NCBI GenBank assembly: GCA_963720545.1 | Contig: OY970399.1 | Location: 64,001 to 128,000 of the forward strand | DNA: 64,000 nt | DNA from: an uncultured Acidobacteriota bacterium | Lineage (GTDB): Bacteria > Acidobacteriota > Vicinamibacteria > Fen-336 | Direction of reading: 5' to 3' | Shown: positions 58,314 to 64,000 of the stretch, one piece after another | Layout of the letters: each line of letters begins with the position of its first letter | Position numbering within the stretch: position 1 is the first letter of the stretch | Position numbers and translations under genes: made by a program | Notes under the pieces: model-generated | The model's input: only the letters and a program-made list of their open reading frames with translations | The model's database searches: none | What the model was told of the DNA's origin: nothing

Positions 58314-60277
58314 TAGTGCGTCGTCAGCTTCGCGAGGTGCCCCCAGATGGCAAGCCATGCGAGGCCGAGGCAGGCGAGCGCCACCAGCGTTTCGTGAAGC
58401 CGGGTCCAGAACCATCGTCGCGCCTGCCAGGCACGCAGCGCGTTCAGCACCGGTACCAGCGATAGCAGGCACAGCAGTATCGTCAGCGCCTCGAGCGTGA
58501 GGATCAGCCAGTCGGTGCGGCGGCTCAGCGTGCCGATGTCCGACAGGCCCTTGACGATGAACACGGTCCAGCCGGCGAGCAGCAGCAGCCACAGGATGCC
58601 GACGAGCCGCGACCACAGCCGCAGGCGGCGTTCGCCCGGCTCGAGGCCCAGCGTGCGCCCGTAGTGCTTGCGGGTCATGGCGGCGAGCGGCCAGCCAAGG
58701 CTTGTCAGCAGCAACATGCCGATCGAGAAGCCGGCGAGGCCCTGGATGAAGCGCTTGTCGAGATACCACGGCACTCGCTTGAAGACCATGAACGGGAAGT
58801 CCACCGCGAGGGTGACGCCGCCCGCGGCATCGCGTTCGAAGGCAATGCGGTCCTTGCCGTCCTGGGCGCGGAAGGTGGTCGGACCCTCCGCCCGCCAGCG
58901 TCGCGGCGCGCCGTCGTTGCGGTTGAGGCCGTCCACCACGAGTGTGCCGTCCGGTTGCGGGACCACCGTCAGCTGGCTGATGCCGAAGAGCGCTTTCAGG
59001 AAGTTGCTGTCGGCGCGGCGGCTGATGAGGTAATTGCCGGCGAGGGTCTTCGCGGCGAGCGTCTGCGCGCTCGCCGCGGGCAGCGGCTCCGGATAGTAGC
59101 GGTCGAGGATCGCCTCCCAAAGCTCGCTGCGCCCCGACACCTGGGCGCGTCCGGAGCTGTTGTAGGAGACGAAGAAACCGAGGTTGAGGTCGGGTACGAC
59201 GTGCAGGTCGGTGTGGAATGCCTGCGTATCCCCGGCGTGGCCGACGATGCGGTGTCCGTTGCGCGTTTCCTCGTAGAAGCCGAGCGCCATGCCGTTCAGG
59301 GCCGGCGACGCGCCGAAGGTGCGCGTGTGCATCGCAGCGACGGTCTCAGGCTTGAGGATCTGCGCGTCGCCGAGCCGCCCGGCGCCGAGGAAGGCGCGGA
59401 TGAAGCGCGACATGTCTTCCGCTGAAGCCGAAACGCTGCCGGCCGGCCATGCCTGCACCACCTCGAAAGGCACCAGGGGGTCGGTGCCGTTCTTGTAGCC
59501 CTTCGACATGACGGCCTCGAGCGCACCCGGCAGCGGCTGCGCGAACGAGGTGGACTTCATGCCAAGCGGGTCGAGGATGCGCTCGTGCAGATAGCGCTCG
59601 AGCGGCATACCCGCCGCACGCTCGACGATGTAGCCGGCGAGCGTCGTTCCGTAGTTCGAGTACGCGGGCACCTCGCCAGGCGGGAAGATGCGCGCCGGTA
59701 CGTGCGTGGCGAGGTAGCGGGGGAGCGGCTCCACGTCCTTCGGCGTCGCGACGAACAGCTCCTTCACCACGTCTTCGAAACCGGGCGTGTGCGTCATGAG
59801 GTTGCGCAGCGTGATGGGCTTGCCGAAGCCTTCCGGAATCTTGAAATCGATGTACTGGTTCACGTCGGTGTCGAGGTCGAGCTTGCCGGCTTCCACCTGC
59901 TGCATGACCGCGGTCCAGGTGAAGAGCTTCGACACCGAACCGATGCGAAACAGGGTCTGCGTGGTGACCGGCGCTCGCTTCTCGACATCGGCATAGCCGT
60001 AGCCCTTCGCGAACAGCACTTCGCCGTCCTTCACCACCGCCACCACCGCGCCGGCGATGTCGGCGCGCGACAGCTGGATGGGCACGATGCCGTCGACGAA
60101 CGCCGACAGGTCGGCGGCGGTGAGCGCCGGCGGGACGCCGGCCACTGCAGGGGCGGTCGCCAGGGCGGGAGCGGGCGTGGGCGCCAGGGCAGGAGCAGGC
60201 GCCTGGGCTTGTGCACGCGGCGCACCAGCGAAGAGTGCCGCCACGGCTACGAACGACACCAACCGATACCGGGACAT
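58310..60277 (-). CDS. Serine hydrolase (beta-lactamase family) with C-terminal transmembrane helices
   Basis: AAGGAG RBS; FRIGSVSK, LMTHTPG, YSNYG, GHAGD; several hydrophobic C-terminal segments. Confidence 0.92.
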   Translation of the reverse strand: MSRYRLVSFVAVAALFAGAPRAQAQAPAPALAPTPAPALATAPAVAGVPPALTAADLSAFVDGIVPIQLSRADIAGAVVAVVKDGEVLFAKGYGYADVEKRAPVTTQTLFRIGSVSKLFTWTAVMQQVEAGKLDLDTDVNQYIDFKIPEGFGKPITLRNLMTHTPGFEDVVKELFVATPKDVEPLPRYLATHVPARIFPPGEVPAYSNYGTTLAGYIVERAAGMPLERYLHERILDPLGMKSTSFAQPLPGALEAVMSKGYKNGTDPLVPFEVVQAWPAGSVSASAEDMSRFIRAFLGAGRLGDAQILKPETVAAMHTRTFGASPALNGMALGFYEETRNGHRIVGHAGDTQAFHTDLHVVPDLNLGFFVSYNSSGRAQVSGRSELWEAILDRYYPEPLPAASAQTLAAKTLAGNYLISRRADSNFLKALFGISQLTVVPQPDGTLVVDGLNRNDGAPRRWRAEGPTTFRAQDGKDRIAFERDAAGGVTLAVDFPFMVFKRVPWYLDKRFIQGLAGFSIGMLLLTSLGWPLAAMTRKHYGRTLGLEPGERRLRLWSRLVGILWLLLLAGWTVFIVKGLSDIGTLSRRTDWLILTLEALTILLCLLSLVPVLNALRAWQARRWFWTRLHETLVALACLGLAWLAIWGHLAKLTTHY

Positions 60278-60293
60278 TAGGCTCCTTGGTTTG

Positions 60294-62993
60294 CTAAAAG
60301 TTGACGCGCACGCCGAGCTGCACCTGGCGCGGGCGGAAGCCCGGCAGGGTCTGCACCGGGTTGCCGAAGTTCGGCGACGCCATGTTGTCCTCGTAGAAGC
60401 CGCGGCTTGGATGGTTGAAGAGGTTGAACGCCTCGACCACCGCCTCCAGAGAAACGCGACCGGCCGGAAACGCCTTGGCAAGCCTCGTGTCGAGCGCCCA
60501 GTTGGAGGCGCCGCGGCGCGAGTTCCTTGCGACACCGGCGGGCCGGTCGTTCACGACCACGTCCTGGTTGTCGTCCGTGCCCGTGATCGTATTGAACGGC
60601 ACTCCGGAGAAGAAGCGGCCCGAGACGCCGAACTTGAAGCCGAGCGGCAGGTCGAGGTTGGCGCTGCCGGCGAACGTGTGGCGCGCATCGTTGTTGGCCG
60701 GGCCGTACTCGTCCTCGATGCGGCGGCTGTCCACCGGCTGGAACTGGTGGCCCTCGGTGTCGCGCTTGGTGTCGGAGAGCGTATACGCAAGCCCCAGCGA
60801 GTACTTGCCGGAATAGCGCTTCTCGATGCCCACCTGCAGCGCCTTGTAGTTCGAGCGTCCGCGGCTCTCGATCGTCTCGACCTGGCTGAAGTTCGGGTCG
60901 GGACGCTCCGAACCGTTGACGCTGTAGTTCTCGTCGATCAGCAGCAGCAGGTTGCGTCCGCGCGCGTGCACGAGGTCCACCGACACCGCGAGGTCGCGGT
61001 GCAGCTCGTGCTTCACGCCGATGCTGAGGGTGCGGTTCGACGGCGTGTCGAGGCCGCCCTCCTGGAAGTGGTAGACGGTTGGCGGTGGATTGGGGATGGG
61101 GATGCCGGGCCCGCCCACGCGCGGATCGGGATAGCCGGGGAAGAGCAGGGTGGTGGTCTCGATCGTGCCGCCGAGCAGCACGCCAAGCAGCGGCACGTTC
61201 AGGAACACCTGGTCGTAGTAGATGCCGAAGCCGCCGCGCACCGAGGTCTTGCCCTTGCCGTTCGGGTCCCAGGCGAAGTGCAGGCGCGGCGCGAAGTTGT
61301 TCTTGTCGCCCTTCACGGCGATGTGGTCCTCGTAGTCCCAGCGCAGGCCGAGGTTGAGCGTGAGCCGCGGCGACACCCGCCACTGGTCCTGGAGGAAGAA
61401 CGCGTAGAGGTTGTTGTCGATGTCGAAGTTCGGATCGCCCGAGCTCTCCTGGTAGATGAAGGGGTAGGTGTCGGGGTCGGCGGCGTTGAAGGGACTGTCG
61501 GTGTTGAAGATGAACAGGCCATCGAAGTTCTGCGGCACCGCGCCCGAGATGCTGAGGACGCTGAAGTCGACGCCCGCCTTGAAGTAGTGATCGCCGCCCT
61601 TGTCGGGCACCGCGAAGCTTAGAGTGTCGAGGAACTGCAGCCGGTCCTCGGTGAACGTCTGCGGCTGGTTGGGCAGCTTGCCGGAGATGACGCTGGGCCG
61701 CAGCAGGATGGGGCACCCGTCGCAGGTCGGCTGCAGGTCGTTCACCTGGCGCGCGAACTGGAAGCGAGCGTCGTTCACCACCCGCGGTGAGGCTGTCCAG
61801 GTGTGCGACAACGCGAAGTCGTAGTTCTTGGCGAGCGTGTTGAAGAAGCTGTCGCTCGCGAAGTTGCCGCCCCCCGTCTGGTTCTCCTCGGTGCGGCGGT
61901 CGAGGCGGTAACGCAGGCTCAGCGTCTGGGTGTCGCTCGGATGGTGGTCGAGCTTGGCGAGCACCAGCGGGTTGCGCACCGGGTTTTCGTAGGTGCCCTG
62001 CGTGTCGAGGCCGAGGCTCGAGAGGATGCCGGGGTCCACCGAGACGACCGTCGAGGCGTCGCGGAATGTGTGGTCGTAGGAGAGGAAGAAGAACGTCTTG
62101 TCCTTGCGCAGCGGGCCGCCCAGCGTGAGGCCGAAGATCTTCTGCGAAAACGGTGCTTTCTCTTTCTCGCCGGTGACCGAGTCGGGCTGCACGTATGGGT
62201 CGTTCGCCGACAGCTCGTCGGCCCGGTAGTAGCCATAGGCCCGGCCGCGCAGCTGGTTGGTGCCCGAGCGCGTGAGCGCGTTGACGATGGCGCCCGACGC
62301 CTGGCCGAACTCGGCGTCGAACTGGCTGGAGATCACCTGGAACTCGGCGACCGCGTCGAGTGCAAACTGCCCGCGGGTGTCGGAGAGCGAGTCGGCGTCG
62401 TTGCTGAGCCCGTCGATGAGGAAGGTGTTGTTGGCGCCGTTGCCGCCCGAGGCGGTCACGGTGACGGTCGTCTGGTCGCTGCTCGGCCCGCTGCCGTCGA
62501 GGATTCCCGGGGTGAGGAAGACGAGGTTGGCGAAGCTGCGGTCGGCGACCGCGAGCTCGTCGATCTGGCGGGTGGTGAAGGTGGACCCGAGCGCGCTGCG
62601 CGTCGCTTCCACGATCGGCGCGTCGCCTTCGACCGTCACCGTCTCCTCGCGCGGGCTCACCTCCAGGCGAAAGTCGAGGCCGGCCTCCTGGCCGATGCGC
62701 AGCGTGACGCCGGTGCGCACCGAGGTTACGAACCCGGCGAGCGCCGCGGTGATCTGGTAGCGGCCGGCGGCAAGCGCCGGCAGCCGGTAGTTGCCCCTCG
62801 CGTCGCTGCGGGCGCTGCGTTCGATTGCGGTGTCGGTGTTGCGCGCGGTGACCGCCGCACCGGGGATGGCGGCGCCGGACGCGTCCTGGACGCGGCCCTG
62901 GATCTCGGCCGTCGTGACCTGCGCCTGCGATACCGGTGCGGCGCCGGCGAAGAACAGCGCGACGACGACGACACGCGAGCCGTTTATGCCCAT
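60294..62993 (-). CDS. TonB-dependent receptor, Oar-type
   Basis: G.VQDASGAAIPGA.V, AVAEFQVI...FDAEFG, NFAPRL.FAWD, PRQVQLGVRVNF. Confidence 0.94.
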   Translation of the reverse strand: MGINGSRVVVVALFFAGAAPVSQAQVTTAEIQGRVQDASGAAIPGAAVTARNTDTAIERSARSDARGNYRLPALAAGRYQITAALAGFVTSVRTGVTLRIGQEAGLDFRLEVSPREETVTVEGDAPIVEATRSALGSTFTTRQIDELAVADRSFANLVFLTPGILDGSGPSSDQTTVTVTASGGNGANNTFLIDGLSNDADSLSDTRGQFALDAVAEFQVISSQFDAEFGQASGAIVNALTRSGTNQLRGRAYGYYRADELSANDPYVQPDSVTGEKEKAPFSQKIFGLTLGGPLRKDKTFFFLSYDHTFRDASTVVSVDPGILSSLGLDTQGTYENPVRNPLVLAKLDHHPSDTQTLSLRYRLDRRTEENQTGGGNFASDSFFNTLAKNYDFALSHTWTASPRVVNDARFQFARQVNDLQPTCDGCPILLRPSVISGKLPNQPQTFTEDRLQFLDTLSFAVPDKGGDHYFKAGVDFSVLSISGAVPQNFDGLFIFNTDSPFNAADPDTYPFIYQESSGDPNFDIDNNLYAFFLQDQWRVSPRLTLNLGLRWDYEDHIAVKGDKNNFAPRLHFAWDPNGKGKTSVRGGFGIYYDQVFLNVPLLGVLLGGTIETTTLLFPGYPDPRVGGPGIPIPNPPPTVYHFQEGGLDTPSNRTLSIGVKHELHRDLAVSVDLVHARGRNLLLLIDENYSVNGSERPDPNFSQVETIESRGRSNYKALQVGIEKRYSGKYSLGLAYTLSDTKRDTEGHQFQPVDSRRIEDEYGPANNDARHTFAGSANLDLPLGFKFGVSGRFFSGVPFNTITGTDDNQDVVVNDRPAGVARNSRRGASNWALDTRLAKAFPAGRVSLEAVVEAFNLFNHPSRGFYEDNMASPNFGNPVQTLPGFRPRQVQLGVRVNF

Positions 62994-63030
62994 GGGGACA
63001 GTCTCCTTGCCGGCGTATATACACCGCGTG

Positions 63031-63044
63031 TTGCGTTGACGCAA
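63031..63044. promoter_or_regulatory. Inverted repeat TTGCGT-TG-ACGCAA, candidate RpiR operator
   Basis: Lies in the short divergent intergenic region between the TonB receptor and the RpiR gene. Confidence 0.45.
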
Positions 63045-63100
63045 GATTGCGCAGCAACTGCTGCGTGGGCGGCGGGTGCTAGCATCGCTGGCTCCTGACC

Positions 63101-64000
63101 ATGGCCCGGCAGACCGCCAGCGCGCGCCAGCGCCCCGCCCAGGGCGAGCGCACCGAGATCGAGAACCGCCTCAGCCGCGCCGCCGCCCTCACGCCGCGCC
63201 GCCAGCGGCTGATGCTCGCGATCCTCGAGAACCCCGACGACACCTTCTATCTTTCGGCACGGGCTTTGGCGCGCCGCTACCGCGTGGACGTCGCCACCAT
63301 CGTGCGCACGGTGCAGGCGCTCGGCTACCGCCGCTACGCCGACTTCGCGACGGACCTGCGCCAGCACTTCGTGGCACGGGTGACGCCTTACGGCATCCTG
63401 GAGGCGGCGTCGCGCGAGAAGCGCAGCCTCGCCGACCATGCCGCGCACAGCGTCTCGCGCGACGTGCGCGGCCTGGCCGCGCTGCAGAGCCGCTTTCGCG
63501 CGGAGGACGCCGTGGCCCTGGGGCGCCGCATCCACCGGGCGAAACGCACGGTCATCGTCGGCGTCGACCTTGCGTGCCCGCTCGCGATGTTCTTCGCCTA
63601 TGGGCTCACGGGCATCGGTGTCGACGCCGAGGCGCCGGTGGGCGGCGCCGGCACCATTGCGCACCGCATCCGCCTGCTCGGCCGCGGCGACGTGGTGGTG
63701 GCCGTCAGCTTCGGGCGCTGCCTGAAGATCACGGTGGACGCCGCCGAGCTGGCGCGGCGCCGTGCGGTGCACACCTTCGGCATCACCGACAGCGACCTGA
63801 CGCCGCTGGCGCGGCAATGCGACGCGTATGCCGTCACCCCGATCCTCAGCTCGACGTTCACCGGCTCGTACGCGGCGCCGCTGGCGTTCATCAACGCCGT
63901 GATCGCCGTCTGTTCGCAAATCGACCCGCGGCGTTCGGCCCTGGTGCTGCGCCAGCGCGAGCAGGAAGCGATGCTCGCGGCCCGCTGGTCGGCGCCGGCC
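63101..64000 (+). CDS. MurR/RpiR family transcriptional regulator (3' truncated; absent from the ORF track)
   Basis: Manual translation from ATG 63101, open to the edge: HTH LSARALARRYRVDVATIVRTVQALGY..Y.DF; SIS domain DVVVAVSFGR, GITDSDLTPLA. Confidence 0.92.
   Translation, partial: MARQTASARQRPAQGERTEIENRLSRAAALTPRRQRLMLAILENPDDTFYLSARALARRYRVDVATIVRTVQALGYRRYADFATDLRQHFVARVTPYGILEAASREKRSLADHAAHSVSRDVRGLAALQSRFRAEDAVALGRRIHRAKRTVIVGVDLACPLAMFFAYGLTGIGVDAEAPVGGAGTIAHRIRLLGRGDVVVAVSFGRCLKITVDAAELARRRAVHTFGITDSDLTPLARQCDAYAVTPILSSTFTGSYAAPLAFINAVIAVCSQIDPRRSALVLRQREQEAMLAARWSAPA

Overview
A high-GC bacterial chromosomal window. The gene families point to Acidobacteriota, probably Vicinamibacteria-like (inference from two Oar-type TonB-dependent receptors, an ADOP permease, a VWA-TPR pair, a CRTAC1/ASPIC-UnbV protein and a sulfatase-TPR fusion). 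It holds about 50 CDS; no rRNA, tRNA, CRISPR array or transposase was seen. Main points: (1) A Ku-less DNA repair cluster at 14.2-20.0 kb (PolX-PHP, an uncharacterised YaaA-like ORF, Xth and a LigC-type ligase, converging on a stand-alone LigD-type primase-polymerase). (2) Next to it, a DUF222-like/HNH endonuclease locus preceded by a 4x40-bp tandem array and a palindrome whose core recurs inside the gene. (3) A ~17-kb amino-sugar (chitosan/chito-oligomer-type) utilisation region at 27.3-44.8 kb: GH2 exo-beta-glucosaminidase, PIG-L deacetylase, APC permease, ROK regulator, CRTAC1/TPR/TPR/Thr-type sulfatase-like genes and a TonB receptor. Its two divergent promoter regions share a 22-bp AT-rich motif. 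(4) An RpiR-TonB-serine hydrolase locus at the right edge. Four single-base frameshifts cluster at 15.0-22.5 kb and may be sequencing errors. All calls come from reading motifs by eye; no searches were run.
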